Positions 49,748 to 60,110 of a stretch of 64,000 bases of DNA are shown here, piece by piece (position 1 is the first letter of the stretch; every line of letters begins with the position of its first letter). The position numbers and the translations under genes are program-made. Where the stretch lies: assembly GCA_934246625.1 (NCBI GenBank), contig CAKQHZ010000001.1, forward strand, positions 232,338-296,337, given 5' to 3'. Origin of the DNA: an uncultured Alphaproteobacteria bacterium (lineage in GTDB: Bacteria; Pseudomonadota; Alphaproteobacteria; Rs-D84; CACZYB01). The notes below the pieces were generated by a model, which had not been told where the DNA came from, ran no database searches, and saw nothing but the letters and a program-made list of their open reading frames with translations.

Positions 49748-50233
49748 TCTTTGATTTGTATTTAGATTTATAACTTGTTTTACCTGATGTTCATAATTTT
49801 CCAAAATTGATACAATCTTAGCAGAACTTTCCTTTAACTCATCATCTGCAAATTTATTTGTTATTTTGGCATAGGAAAGAGGAGTCATATCATAAGTATC
49901 CTTTGATAAAATATCAATTTTATTTTTTACAAGAAAATCAACCATTTCTATTTTTTGATTGATAATTGCAATATACAATGCTGTGCGTTTATCAATATCA
50001 ACTGAATTAACATTTAAACCAAGTTGCAATAAAAGTTTTGCAATTTCAGTATTACCAAAGTAAGCAGCATAATGAAGGTATGACCAATGCAAAGCATCTT
50101 GTTCCAAAACCACTGATTCTGATGCAAGCAATTTTTTCAAAGTTGCTACATCATTATATCTAATACAATCCAAAATCATTGAAAATTTTGATTGTGAAAT
50201 GTCGTTATCAACTTTTTCCATAGTATGCTCCAT
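49745..50233 (-). CDS. Ankyrin-repeat protein
   Basis: At least three ANK repeats (LHYAAYFGNTEIAKLLLQLGLNVN and TALYIAIINQKIEMVDFLVKN). Confidence 0.75.
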   Translation of the reverse strand: MEHTMEKVDNDISQSKFSMILDCIRYNDVATLKKLLASESVVLEQDALHWSYLHYAAYFGNTEIAKLLLQLGLNVNSVDIDKRTALYIAIINQKIEMVDFLVKNKIDILSKDTYDMTPLSYAKITNKFADDELKESSAKIVSILENYEHQVKQVINLNTNQR

Positions 50234-50367
50234 ATTTTTATTACTACCCTAATTATAAACTAAAAAAAAAAGTTGTCAATATTTTTATAAAAAATAGAGA
50301 ATACGTTAAATTTTGTTTGGAAAAGAGTAAAAAATAATGTATAATAAAACTCAAATAGGAGAGAACT

Positions 50368-51057
50368 ATGAAAAAATATATTACAAAATTTATGATTGTA
50401 TGTGCTTGTCTTTTGCAAACTGTAAATGCAAATGCTAGTGTTTTTTCTTTGTGGGAAAACGAAGATGAAGAATACAAAATGAAGGTTGGGTCAAAAGAAA
50501 CAACAAAAAAAACGGAAACAACTCCTCTCAAAACACCTACAGAAACTCTTAAATCTTCTTTACAAGAAACTGTTGTAATGCCTTCTCAAGTTAATAACAC
50601 TATTGCTTTACCAAATTATTATACAAGCAATAATAACGACAATTATAATATGATTGACTATGATACTATTCAAGCAGAACGCAGTATCCAAGATTCCGAA
50701 GTTTTAAATTCTATTGATAAATGGCAACTTGGTATCAAAAATGTGTTTTGGGAAAACTATCGTGGCAATAATATAAGAATTGAAATGTTAAGAAATAATC
50801 GTGATTTAAAGGAAATGCGTCTTAAATTCGTTCAATCTCAAGATATGATTGCGGACCCTGATGGTTCAATTTCCGATATGTTGAATAAAGTTGCTGAACA
50901 AGTTATGAAAAGAACTTGCGGTAAAAAATCAAAACAATCAATTATCCTTTATGAACGCCCATCTATCGAGCTTGTAAAGGAAACAACTTATGATAATTAT
51001 AAGATAATTGCAAAGGGAACTTCCTTAAAAGAATATGGTTTTAGATGTATTTATTAA
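50368..51057 (+). CDS. Secreted hypothetical protein
   Basis: Signal peptide MKKYITKFMIVCACLLQTVNANA. Confidence 0.35.
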   Translation: MKKYITKFMIVCACLLQTVNANASVFSLWENEDEEYKMKVGSKETTKKTETTPLKTPTETLKSSLQETVVMPSQVNNTIALPNYYTSNNNDNYNMIDYDTIQAERSIQDSEVLNSIDKWQLGIKNVFWENYRGNNIRIEMLRNNRDLKEMRLKFVQSQDMIADPDGSISDMLNKVAEQVMKRTCGKKSKQSIILYERPSIELVKETTYDNYKIIAKGTSLKEYGFRCIY

Positions 51058-51133
51058 AAAAAATAAAAAAATGCTTGCTTTTTTTTTAAATATAGTGTTT
51101 AATACCTCTATCTTTTAAAGATAGCCCTTAAGT

Positions 51134-51211
51134 GGGGGTGTAGCTCAGCTGGTTTAGAGCGCTTGCCTGTCACGCAAGAGGTCGAGGGTTCGAGCCCCTT
51201 CACTCCCGCCA
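51134..51211 (+). tRNA. tRNA-Asp (anticodon GUC)
   Basis: Cloverleaf with acceptor GGGGGUG/CACUCCC, anticodon loop CUGUCAC, GGUUCGAGC T-loop, G73 and an encoded CCA. Confidence 0.85.
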
Positions 51212-51231
51212 CTTAAAATTTAGGCTTTTCA

Positions 51232-52194
51232 ATGAAAAAATCAAAATTTAATTTAGTATCTGTGTTAAAGGCTTTTGGAATAACTCCTCAATTCCTTATA
51301 ATCTCTTTATTTATCATTTTTATATTTGGTATTGGTTTGGGTTTGTTTTTTAAAAATAGCTATTCCCCAAAAAAGAAAGTTGTCGTTGTTGAAACAGAAA
51401 TAAAGGAGCCAACAGAGGCAACCGTTCCTAAATCTGAAAATGACAACCAAACACTTGATATATTTGCAGAACTAAGCAATACTCCATTCGTGAAAAATGC
51501 AGTTATTATTGATAAGGAAATAAAAACTCCTGTGGTGGCGATTATCATTGATGATATGGGGATTGATATGCTTAAATCTCGTCAAATTTTAGAGTTTAAT
51601 TTACCATTCAATGTTTCATTTTTAACTTATGCTCCAAATATTCAATCACAAATTGACTTTGCCCGTAAATCAGGAAAGGAAATTATGCTTCACGTCCCTA
51701 TGCAGGCTTTACATGACAACTATGATTATGGTGGGGATTATCTTTCAACTGATAAATCTCGATTTGAAAATCTTGAAATTTTAAATACTCAACTTGATAA
51801 AGCAAAGGGATACATTGGCATAAATAATCATATGGGAAGCAAATTTACTGCGGATATGGCTCAAATGACTGCTGTAATGGAGGAATTAACTAAACGAGGA
51901 TTAGCCTTTATCGACTCAAAAACAAATTCCGAATCAAAAGGAGATGAAATTGCAAGTTTCCTAAAACTCCCTTATGTTGCTCGTGATGTATTTTTAGACG
52001 ACAGCAATAAGGAAGAAGATATTATAAAAAGCCTTATCAAACTTGAAACTATTGCAAAAAAACGTGGCTATGCTGTGGCAATAGGACACCCAAGAAAAAA
52101 TACTATCAAAGTTTTAAAGCAATGGTTTGATACTATTTCTCAACGTGGAATTGAAATAGTTCCTATTTCCTATATTATAAAAAATTATCGTTAA
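51232..52194 (+). CDS. Divergent polysaccharide deacetylase (YibQ family)
   Basis: N-terminal TM helix, and AIIIDDMG and HPR motifs typical of YibQ. Confidence 0.7.
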   Translation: MKKSKFNLVSVLKAFGITPQFLIISLFIIFIFGIGLGLFFKNSYSPKKKVVVVETEIKEPTEATVPKSENDNQTLDIFAELSNTPFVKNAVIIDKEIKTPVVAIIIDDMGIDMLKSRQILEFNLPFNVSFLTYAPNIQSQIDFARKSGKEIMLHVPMQALHDNYDYGGDYLSTDKSRFENLEILNTQLDKAKGYIGINNHMGSKFTADMAQMTAVMEELTKRGLAFIDSKTNSESKGDEIASFLKLPYVARDVFLDDSNKEEDIIKSLIKLETIAKKRGYAVAIGHPRKNTIKVLKQWFDTISQRGIEIVPISYIIKNYR

Positions 52195-52266
52195 GTTTTG
52201 TGATTTTGTTCTTATAGCTAACACCTTGAATTTATGTTATTATTTCCTTAACACAAGGAGAAATAA

Positions 52267-52872
52267 ATGGCAAATATTTTACTTATCTATGGACACCCCA
52301 AAACACCAAAAAGTTTTAATTTTGATTTAAAAGAAAAATTGGTAGAGGCATTGAAACAACACGGACACAATGTCCTTGTTCGTGATTTATATGAAATAAG
52401 TTTCAATCCGTTATTATCATCAAAAGATTTGGAACTTATTCACAACGGACAAATTTCCGAAGATATAAGAAAAGAGCAAGAATTTATTAAAAATGCAGAC
52501 ACTATTATATTTATCTATCCTATATGGTGGGCGGGACAACCTGCAATTATAAAGGGATATATTGACCGAGTATTCAGCTATGGTTTTGCCTATATGTATA
52601 AGGGTGGCAAAGTCATAGGACTTCTTCCAGATAAAAAAGCAATTATCATAAATTCAAATGGAAACCCAAGTGCACTTTATAAAAAAAATGATTTTTACAA
52701 TGCTATAAAGTTGCTTGTGGATAAGGGAATTTTTGCCTTTTGTGGATTTTCAAAAATAAAGCATTTATTTTATGGTGATATGTCAACAAAAAGTGATGAT
52801 GATAAAAGCAAGGATATAAACAACGCTATTGATGAAACAATTATTGAAATAGAAGCAAAAAATATGGATTAA
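52267..52872 (+). CDS. Flavodoxin-like fold NAD(P)H dehydrogenase (quinone) family
   Basis: ILLIYGHPKTPKSFN ... IFIYPIWW pattern of Flavodoxin_2/NQO-like proteins. Confidence 0.7.
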   Translation: MANILLIYGHPKTPKSFNFDLKEKLVEALKQHGHNVLVRDLYEISFNPLLSSKDLELIHNGQISEDIRKEQEFIKNADTIIFIYPIWWAGQPAIIKGYIDRVFSYGFAYMYKGGKVIGLLPDKKAIIINSNGNPSALYKKNDFYNAIKLLVDKGIFAFCGFSKIKHLFYGDMSTKSDDDKSKDINNAIDETIIEIEAKNMD

Positions 52873-52908
52873 AAAATACCCCCTGTTATTGCTAAGGGGG
52901 TATAATTT

Positions 52909-53553
52909 TTAATAACAATTAAAACTTATCGTTATTGAAGCTCCTTCTAAACATTTTTTATACTTTTCCCTTCTTTCGGACATTATACTGGAACAACTTT
53001 GTTCATTACAATATGTGTTTATCGTGCAAGAAGTTGAAATAATATCCCTTATACTAAATTCAGACAGACTAGCACTTTGCCCATGGTATTCAGTTGATTT
53101 TATATATCTCTTTTGTGAGTTTTCTGTAGAATCCCAGGTTATTTTATATGTTTTGTTGCTAGCATCTAGTGTTGCAACCAATGTATATGATGAATCATCT
53201 TTTTCTTTATACACATATACTATTGTGCAACAGAGATTACCGGATTGAGAGAAACCGGAATCGCAAGCCCAGGAGCAAGAGTCGGAGGTTGCGTTAGAAG
53301 TGAAGTGGGAGTTTGCTGGTTTGCTTTGGCATGGGGAACAGAAAGAGGCTGAACTGCTTGAGTAAGTGCCTGTTGGACAGGCTTCACAGCTTGAGGCGGC
53401 TCCCTTTGAAAATGTGCCTGCACTACAACTTTTGCATTGACCACTTTCTGCATAAGTGCCGGCTGGGCATGGTGTGCATTGATAAAAATTTTGGGCGAAG
53501 GCTGGGCTTGACATTACTCCCATTATGCCCGCTATTAGTATTTCTTTTTTCAT
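52909..53553 (-). CDS. Secreted Cys-rich protein with tandem eukaryote-like C-x2-C-x-x-G-T-Y/F repeats (GCC2_GCC3/ephrin-receptor-like)
   Basis: Signal peptide, then CTPCPAGTYAESGQCKSCSAGTFSKGAASSCEACPTGTY. Confidence 0.5.
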   Translation of the reverse strand: MKKEILIAGIMGVMSSPAFAQNFYQCTPCPAGTYAESGQCKSCSAGTFSKGAASSCEACPTGTYSSSSASFCSPCQSKPANSHFTSNATSDSCSWACDSGFSQSGNLCCTIVYVYKEKDDSSYTLVATLDASNKTYKITWDSTENSQKRYIKSTEYHGQSASLSEFSIRDIISTSCTINTYCNEQSCSSIMSERREKYKKCLEGASITISFNCY

Positions 53554-53677
53554 ATTTTTCTCCTTTGGTTCGTTCTTATTCGGGGGACTTTTTGCCTTTG
53601 AAACCTCCCCTTTTCGGTTTCAATTCGGGAGGGTGGAAGCGAAGACCATGAACAAAAAAAAACTTCCACCCATAACT

Positions 53678-54100
53678 TTAAAAACTTTTTGTGTCTGGGT
53701 TGTATCGCCTTAACAAATACCCATTTTGGTTTGTGCAAGTTGATGAGTTTTTGAGTTGTAAAATTCGTCCAGAAGGGCAGTTGCCGTTGGATACATAAAT
53801 TCTTATGTATCCGTTTGGGCAAACTAAAGGTTCGCAACTTTTGTAATCAGAGGTTGCGAAGGAGCCGGAAGTGCAATTTTCGCAAAGTCGAGAAGAGGGG
53901 CTGTAGAATTTAGAGCGGTTTTCACAGTCGCAGATACCGTTTTTGTAAGCGACTTTTTGATGGCAGTTGCCAGGTGTTGGCACGCAGTATTTAGCGAGCA
54001 CATCGGAAAGAGGAGATGCTGTTGCGATTGAGGTTGTGGCGATATTTATGGCGAAAGTGCCACATAGGACAGCCACTGCGAGTTGAAATTTTTTATACAT
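53678..54100 (-). CDS. Secreted Cys-rich protein (similar repeat style)
   Basis: Signal peptide. CENCTSGSFATSDYKSC and CPNGY units. Confidence 0.4.
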   Translation of the reverse strand: MYKKFQLAVAVLCGTFAINIATTSIATASPLSDVLAKYCVPTPGNCHQKVAYKNGICDCENRSKFYSPSSRLCENCTSGSFATSDYKSCEPLVCPNGYIRIYVSNGNCPSGRILQLKNSSTCTNQNGYLLRRYNPDTKSF

Positions 54101-54543
54101 TTTACTACCCCCTTTTTTTATTTAAAGGATTGAAGGTCCCGCATTGGCATAGAGTTGATGTTGCACTTGCTTTTGCGAAGGTCCTACCCCCTTTATAAAA
54201 ATAATTCCACGTATCAAAGATAGTGGTCGGGCAGTTCAGAAATCACAAAAAAGAATGATCCTATAGCTTTTAGAGTATAAAGAATATACTCCTGTTGTAT
54301 GACTATATGCTCCCCAACCAACAAAGGCTGGGGCTTTGGGTATAAAAAAAAGATACTGCAAGAGTATCTGATGGTTATTTTTTAATACCCTCTTTTTTGA
54401 AAGGCTTCTGACGGCCCACATCATCTTTGATGCTAAATACAGATATTTCCTGTATCTAAAATTTGCTATAACATAGATTCGGAAAAAACAATAAAAAAAA
54501 TCCCCTTTTAAACAAGGGGATTTAAAATTTTAAAGATTATGAC

Positions 54544-55698
54544 TTATTTTTCGAATACACGAACTTCATCTGTCATTACATCATCTGTTTGCATTGTTAA
54601 TGCTACACGTGATGCAGGAAGTCCCATTTCTGTTAATGTTGTCATTACATCTTTTACATTTTTCTTTATTGAACCATTTGCTTTGCCTTGTGGAGCTACA
54701 CCAACAACTTCAAATGTTGCAGATGGGTTTCTTTCCAATACACGGCTTAATGCTTGGTATAAAGGTTCTGCGAAATCAACTGATGCCTTATCGAATTTTA
54801 CAACGATTACTGGACGAGTTGATGAAGGAGCAACAATTTCTACTGGTGTAGATGTTGCACGCATTGGTTTTAATGAAAAAGAATCTCTTTCTTTTAGCAT
54901 TACTTTACGAGAAGGACGATTTGCCTTTCGTGGAGCCATACCATAATCTTGAGCTGTTTCATTTACAAATGCTTCGTATGATTCATCACTTGAAAACATT
55001 GAGCCACCATCAGCAAAGAAATCTGTTGAACCTGCTGCACCATAAAGTTTTCCATTTTTAATGTTAAGAGCAACATCATTTAAGTTGAATTTTTCATTAT
55101 CAACGTATGCTTGTTGTCTGTCAGCTTCTTGATTTAATTGACGAGCAAAAATTGCAATGTTTGAACCAATTTGTTTTGCTTCTTCTTCAAGAGCCTTTAA
55201 TTGTTTGTGGTCATCTTCTGTTGCACCACGGATTTTGTATGATGCTTGGATAGAACCAACCATATAATCAACCATTGATTGATCAGATTCAACATCTGCT
55301 ACAAGACGTTTAATGTCAAATGCAATATTGTTAATTTTTTCTAATTTAGCACGTGCATCTTTCCATTCGTCCATAAGTTCAGGATTTCCAGGTGTTGTGC
55401 CAAGTTGCAATTTTGAATTGATTTGAGCAACTGCAGTTCTGTAATCTGATACTGCTGTGTTTGTATCATTTCTCATTTGTTGAAGAGTTGTTTTTCTTCC
55501 ATCAACTAAACTTTTTAATTGTTCTTGTTCTGATTTGAAATTAGCAATTTTATTTTTCATAAATGTGCCATCAAATGCAGTATGTTTTGGTTGATTTGCT
55601 TCTACCTTTTTTTCACCACCAAAAAGAGTATCTGAAGTAGAAGAACATGCCCCTAAGATTACTACTGATAGTAATGCAAGTATGTTTTTTATTTTCAT
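54544..55698 (-). CDS. Lipoprotein with coiled-coil region, hypothetical
   Basis: Lipobox LGACSST and a Q/K/E-rich coiled coil. Confidence 0.4.
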   Translation of the reverse strand: MKIKNILALLSVVILGACSSTSDTLFGGEKKVEANQPKHTAFDGTFMKNKIANFKSEQEQLKSLVDGRKTTLQQMRNDTNTAVSDYRTAVAQINSKLQLGTTPGNPELMDEWKDARAKLEKINNIAFDIKRLVADVESDQSMVDYMVGSIQASYKIRGATEDDHKQLKALEEEAKQIGSNIAIFARQLNQEADRQQAYVDNEKFNLNDVALNIKNGKLYGAAGSTDFFADGGSMFSSDESYEAFVNETAQDYGMAPRKANRPSRKVMLKERDSFSLKPMRATSTPVEIVAPSSTRPVIVVKFDKASVDFAEPLYQALSRVLERNPSATFEVVGVAPQGKANGSIKKNVKDVMTTLTEMGLPASRVALTMQTDDVMTDEVRVFEK

Positions 55699-55794
55699 TT
55701 ATTAACCCCTAAGTTATTATGTTAGCAAACTGTTTTTAATACAGATTGATTAAATAATATAATCTTTATTATTAAAAATCAACACTTTCTTATA

Positions 55795-56400
55795 TTATTT
55801 TTTTATATACTTTTTTACAAGTTTTATCGCTTCTTCTGGTGTATCAACAAGTTTATACATCTTTTTATTATCCTTTGACATAAAGCCTTCTTTGATAATA
55901 GAATCAAGCAATGTTTCAAATGGTTTGAAGAAATTTTTATAATTAATTAAAATAATAGGTCTTGTTTCTGAAAGTTTGCTTCCTGGAACAACTTCTTTAT
56001 GTTTTTCATAAATTTCTTTGCCTACTAATAAATCAAATAATTCATCGAATGTGCCAAAGCCTCCTGGTAAAACAATAAAAGCATTTGAATTGTCGATAAA
56101 TTCTTTTTTTCTTCTTTGAAGAGATTTTACAATTTTTGTTTTTGTTTTTTTGATTGGTTGTTCAAATGCTGCAATTACTTCGGTTGTAATACCATAGATG
56201 TCCCCACCATTATCAAGAACACCATTTGCTACACCACCCATAAGTCCACGACCACCTGCTCCATAAATAAGACGCATATTATTTTTTGCAAGGAGTGTTC
56301 CAACGTGATAAGCAAGCTCCATATATTCCTTTTTATTTCCATTGCGAGAACCGCAAAATACACTTACTGATGTTTTTTTATTTTTGTTAAATAGTCCCAT
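55795..56400 (-). CDS. LOG-family protein (TIGR00730; nucleotide 5'-monophosphate nucleosidase-like)
   Basis: PGGFGTFDELFD motif and an N-terminal VFCGSRNG Rossmann start. Confidence 0.8.
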   Translation of the reverse strand: MGLFNKNKKTSVSVFCGSRNGNKKEYMELAYHVGTLLAKNNMRLIYGAGGRGLMGGVANGVLDNGGDIYGITTEVIAAFEQPIKKTKTKIVKSLQRRKKEFIDNSNAFIVLPGGFGTFDELFDLLVGKEIYEKHKEVVPGSKLSETRPIILINYKNFFKPFETLLDSIIKEGFMSKDNKKMYKLVDTPEEAIKLVKKYIKK

Positions 56401-56507
56401 TTTTTCTCCTTTTTGACTTTATACTTGAAATAATATATCGTAAAAATGTATTTCTTTCAACTAAATATATTGCAATTTGAAATTTATTTGTTTATAATAT
56501 CCCCTAT

Positions 56508-56581
56508 GGTCGGTTGGCAGATTGGCTATGCAGAGGACTGCAAATCCTTGTAGACTGGTTCGATTCCGGTACCGACCTCCA
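56508..56581 (+). tRNA. tRNA-Cys (anticodon GCA)
   Basis: Acceptor GGUCGGU/ACCGACC, U73, anticodon loop CUGCAAA, GGUUCGAUUCC T-arm and an encoded CCA. Confidence 0.85.
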
Positions 56582-56607
56582 TAATAAAACAATAAAGGAG
56601 TATATGT

Positions 56608-57132
56608 TTGGCAAATAAAGATAATGGTATTTCATTAAATGTTAATGAAAAAATTCGTGCTCGTGAAGTAAGACTTATTGGTGCTGATGGCAACAATGTT
56701 GGTGTCGTTTCAATAAATGAAGCATTAAATATGGCTCGTGATGCTGGTCTTGATCTTTTGGAAATTGCCCCTCAATCAAATCCTCCTGTTTGCAAAATTA
56801 TGGATTATGGCAAATGGAAATACGAAGAACAAAAAAAATTAAAAGAAGCCAAATCTAATCAAAAAGTTGTTGAAACAAAGGAACTTAAAATCCGTCCAAA
56901 TATTGATGTGCATGATTTTGATGTTAAAATGAAATCTGCAAAACGTTTTATCGAAGATGGCAATAAAGTTAAGTTTTCTGTTAGATTTAAAGGTCGTGAA
57001 ATCACAAATCAAGAATCTGGTCTTTCTCTTCTTAATCGTATAAAGGAAGAATTAGGTGATACTATCAAGGTTGATAAAGAACCTTTGATGGAAGGAAGAC
57101 AAATGATTATGTTTGTGTCTCCTGCAAAATAA
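56608..57132 (+). CDS. infC: Translation initiation factor IF-3 (TTG start 7 nt after AAGGAG)
   Basis: Full-length colinearity with IF-3 (IRAREVRLIGADG ... GRQMIMFVSPAK). An in-frame TAA 15 nt upstream restricts the start to a non-AUG codon. Confidence 0.9.
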   Translation: MANKDNGISLNVNEKIRAREVRLIGADGNNVGVVSINEALNMARDAGLDLLEIAPQSNPPVCKIMDYGKWKYEEQKKLKEAKSNQKVVETKELKIRPNIDVHDFDVKMKSAKRFIEDGNKVKFSVRFKGREITNQESGLSLLNRIKEELGDTIKVDKEPLMEGRQMIMFVSPAK

Positions 57133-57176
57133 TTAAATACTTGACCACAATTTTTTAATGTGTAATCTTTTTAATT

Positions 57177-58178
57177 ATGATAACACAAGAATTATTTAAT
57201 AAAAATTTAGAATCTATTTTAAAAGCAAAACCAAAAAAGATTGCTGTGGCAGTATCTGGTGGTTCGGATAGTCTTGCTCTTACCTTACTTTCTTCTTTTT
57301 GGGCAAAGGAAAATAATGTTGAAGTTGTGGCAATTACTGTGGACCATAATTTAAGGAAAAATTCTGCAAAAGAGGCTTTGCTTGTAAATAAATGGCTTCA
57401 AAAATATAAAATAAATCATACCATTTTGACCTATAATGGTGAAATTCCAACTTCAAATATAGAGGCAGTGGCAAGACAATATCGCTATCAAATGCTTTTT
57501 GATTATTGTAAAAAAAATAAAATCAAATATTTGTTTGTTGCACATAATGCGGACGAACAAAGAGAAACTTTCTTTTTAAACCTTTCTCGAGGAAGTGGCG
57601 TTTATGGACTTTGCGGAATGCAAAAAATTCAACAAAGAAACGAAATAACTATTGTTCGTCCGATGCTTTGCTTTACAAAAGATGAAATAAAAGCATATCT
57701 TAAATCATTAAAACAAAAATGGGTTGAGGACCCATCAAACAAAGATAACAAATATAAACGTGTCAGAATAAGAAAATTAAAAAAACTTATTGATACTTTG
57801 GAACTTTCAAATGAACGAATTTCTAATACCTTAGAAAATATGAAACGAGCTCGTGATGCTATTGATTTTTTTGTAAATGATTTGATTGAAAAATCAATAA
57901 TTGAAAGCAAAAACGAATCACTTCTTTTTAAAGCAGAACTTTTTCAAACTTATCCAGAAGAAGTTGTTATTCGTGCGATTGCAAAGATTTTTCAAAATCT
58001 GTCTAGAAAAGATTATCCTCCACGATTTGAAAATTTGGAAAATATCTATACAAAAATAAAAGATAAATCTTTGACTGGTTCAACTTTGTATAATCTTAAA
58101 ATTTCGACAAAGAAAAATGATACTATTCTTATTGAAAAAGAAAAAGGCAAAGGTAAAAAAACTACTGGTAAAAAATGA
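57177..58178 (+). CDS. tilS: tRNA(Ile)-lysidine synthetase
   Basis: PP-loop VAVSGGSDSLAL. Confidence 0.8.
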   Translation: MITQELFNKNLESILKAKPKKIAVAVSGGSDSLALTLLSSFWAKENNVEVVAITVDHNLRKNSAKEALLVNKWLQKYKINHTILTYNGEIPTSNIEAVARQYRYQMLFDYCKKNKIKYLFVAHNADEQRETFFLNLSRGSGVYGLCGMQKIQQRNEITIVRPMLCFTKDEIKAYLKSLKQKWVEDPSNKDNKYKRVRIRKLKKLIDTLELSNERISNTLENMKRARDAIDFFVNDLIEKSIIESKNESLLFKAELFQTYPEEVVIRAIAKIFQNLSRKDYPPRFENLENIYTKIKDKSLTGSTLYNLKISTKKNDTILIEKEKGKGKKTTGKK

Positions 58179-58229
58179 TTTTATAATATAAACTAGGTCT
58201 GTTAAAAATACATATAAAAGGATATTGAA

Positions 58230-60110
58230 ATGAGAAAATATTGGAAATATTTATATCTGATTGCTGTGATTTTTTTATTTTTCAATCTTATAAGTGATAA
58301 CAAATCAAATGTTTCAAATAAAAAATCAAATGAAATAAAGTTTTCTGATTTTATTGATAAAGCCAAAAATGGTGAAATAGAATCTGTTGTTATAAGGGGT
58401 GATATGGTTGAAGGAACCCTTAAAGCCAAAAATAAAGATAGCAAAGAAGAAAAATTTATGGCAAAAACCATATTTTATCCTCGTGTATTTGATATTTTAG
58501 AGGAAAATAAGGTTTCAACAGAAGTGAAACTTCCTGATACTCAAGGTTTTAGTGTTTGGAAAATAATTGATGTATTTGGTTCTGTATTATGGATTGTGAT
58601 TTTAGTTCTTCTTTTCAAAAGTATGAAAGGGGATAAATTTGGCATTGGAAAATCCAATATTAAAATGTTCACACCTGATATGCAAAAGGTAAGATTTTCT
58701 GATGTATTAGGGGCAGATGAAGCGAAACAAGAAGTCAGTGAAATTGTGGACTTTCTTGCCGACCCAAAGAAATATTCTAGACTTGGGGCAAAAATTCCAA
58801 AGGGAGTTTTGCTTGTAGGTTCTCCTGGAACTGGAAAAACTTTACTTGCAAAGGCTATTGCTGGTGAAGCTGGCGTTCCATTTTTTTCAACAAGCGGTTC
58901 TGAATTTGTGGAAATGTTTGTTGGTGTAGGTGCAAGCCGTGTAAGAGCTTTGTTTGAACAAGCCCAAAAGAATGCTCCTTGTCTTGTTTTCATTGATGAA
59001 ATTGATGCAGTTGGTCGTCATCGTGGTTCTGGATATGGCGGTGGCAATGATGAACGTGAACAAACCCTTAATCAATTACTTGTTGAAATGGATGGATTTG
59101 AAACAAACAATGGAATTATTGTAATCGCAGCAACAAATCGTGTTGATGTATTAGATGATGCCCTACTCCGTCCAGGTAGATTTGATAGACAAGTTTATAT
59201 TGATTTGCCTGACTTAAAAGGACGTGAAGCAATACTTAAAAAATACATAAGTGAAGTGAAAATACTTTCAGATGTAGATATTGTTTCTGTGGCTCGTGGC
59301 ACACCTGGATTTAGTGGTGCAGAACTTGCAAACCTTGTGAACGAGGCAGCAATTATCGCCGCAAGAAAAAATGAAAAAATGATTTCCCAAGCGGATTTTG
59401 AATATGCAAGAGATAAACTTCTTATGGGATTAGAACATAAATCAAAAACTATGGCTCCTGAAGAAATAAAAAATACTGCTTATCATGAAGCTGGTCATGC
59501 TCTTTGCTCTGTCCTTCTTCCAGAAGTTGACCCTATACACAAGGCAACAATTATTCCACGTGGTCAAGCTCTTGGCTTGGTGCAACAACTTCCTGAAAGA
59601 GACAAGGTTAGTGTAAATATTACCGAAATTCGTTCTAATATTGCGGTTGCTCTTGCTGGCCGTATAAGTGAAGAAACTTTCTTTGGTAAAGATAAAATTA
59701 CAACTGGGGCTTCTTCTGATATACAATCTGCAACAAGATATGCAAGAAATGCGGTTGTATTTTGGGGATTATCACCAAAAGTTGGCACTGTTTATTATGG
59801 TGAAAGAGATAAATACCCTATTTCTGAAGCAACTGCACGTGAAATAGATGAAGAAGTTAAAAGAATGATTGATGAAGGATATAAGCTCGCAAAATCAACT
59901 ATTTCAAAAAACAAAGCAACTTTAGAAAAACTTGCAAAGGCACTTTTAGAATATGAAACATTGACAGGAGATGAAGTTCGTGCAATAGTAAAAGGGAAAA
60001 AAGTAAAATTAACAAAAAAGGTTGATATTGCTAAAAATAGGATAGAAAGAACATCTTCTGTTCCTTTGACAATAAAAAAAATAAATAAAAAAGAAGAAAA
60101 GAAACAATAA
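58230..60110 (+). CDS. ftsH: ATP-dependent zinc metalloprotease FtsH
   Basis: AAA+ motifs ([15 protein letters not shown]), HEAGH zinc site, and two N-terminal TM helices. Confidence 0.95.
   Translation: MRKYWKYLYLIAVIFLFFNLISDNKSNVSNKKSNEIKFSDFIDKAKNGEIESVVIRGDMVEGTLKAKNKDSKEEKFMAKTIFYPRVFDILEENKVSTEVKLPDTQGFSVWKIIDVFGSVLWIVILVLLFKSMKGDKFGIGKSNIKMFTPDMQKVRFSDVLGADEAKQEVSEIVDFLADPKKYSRLGAKIPKGVLLVGSPGTGKTLLAKAIAGEAGVPFFSTSGSEFVEMFVGVGASRVRALFEQAQKNAPCLVFIDEIDAVGRHRGSGYGGGNDEREQTLNQLLVEMDGFETNNGIIVIAATNRVDVLDDALLRPGRFDRQVYIDLPDLKGREAILKKYISEVKILSDVDIVSVARGTPGFSGAELANLVNEAAIIAARKNEKMISQADFEYARDKLLMGLEHKSKTMAPEEIKNTAYHEAGHALCSVLLPEVDPIHKATIIPRGQALGLVQQLPERDKVSVNITEIRSNIAVALAGRISEETFFGKDKITTGASSDIQSATRYARNAVVFWGLSPKVGTVYYGERDKYPISEATAREIDEEVKRMIDEGYKLAKSTISKNKATLEKLAKALLEYETLTGDEVRAIVKGKKVKLTKKVDIAKNRIERTSSVPLTIKKINKKEEKKQ

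Noticed and set aside
53640-53690. 9-bp-stem hairpin GGGTGGAAG...CTTCCACCC as an intrinsic terminator
   Set aside because: The loop is 23 nt and no U-tract follows on the relevant strand.
53220-53713. ORFs 53220..53453 (-), 53313..53651 (+), 53525..53713 (+) and 53550..53837 (-)
   Set aside because: They overlap the Cys-rich secreted-protein genes or their intergenic region in alternate frames. Their composition is Pro/Ala/Gln-rich, typical of GC-richer shadow frames.
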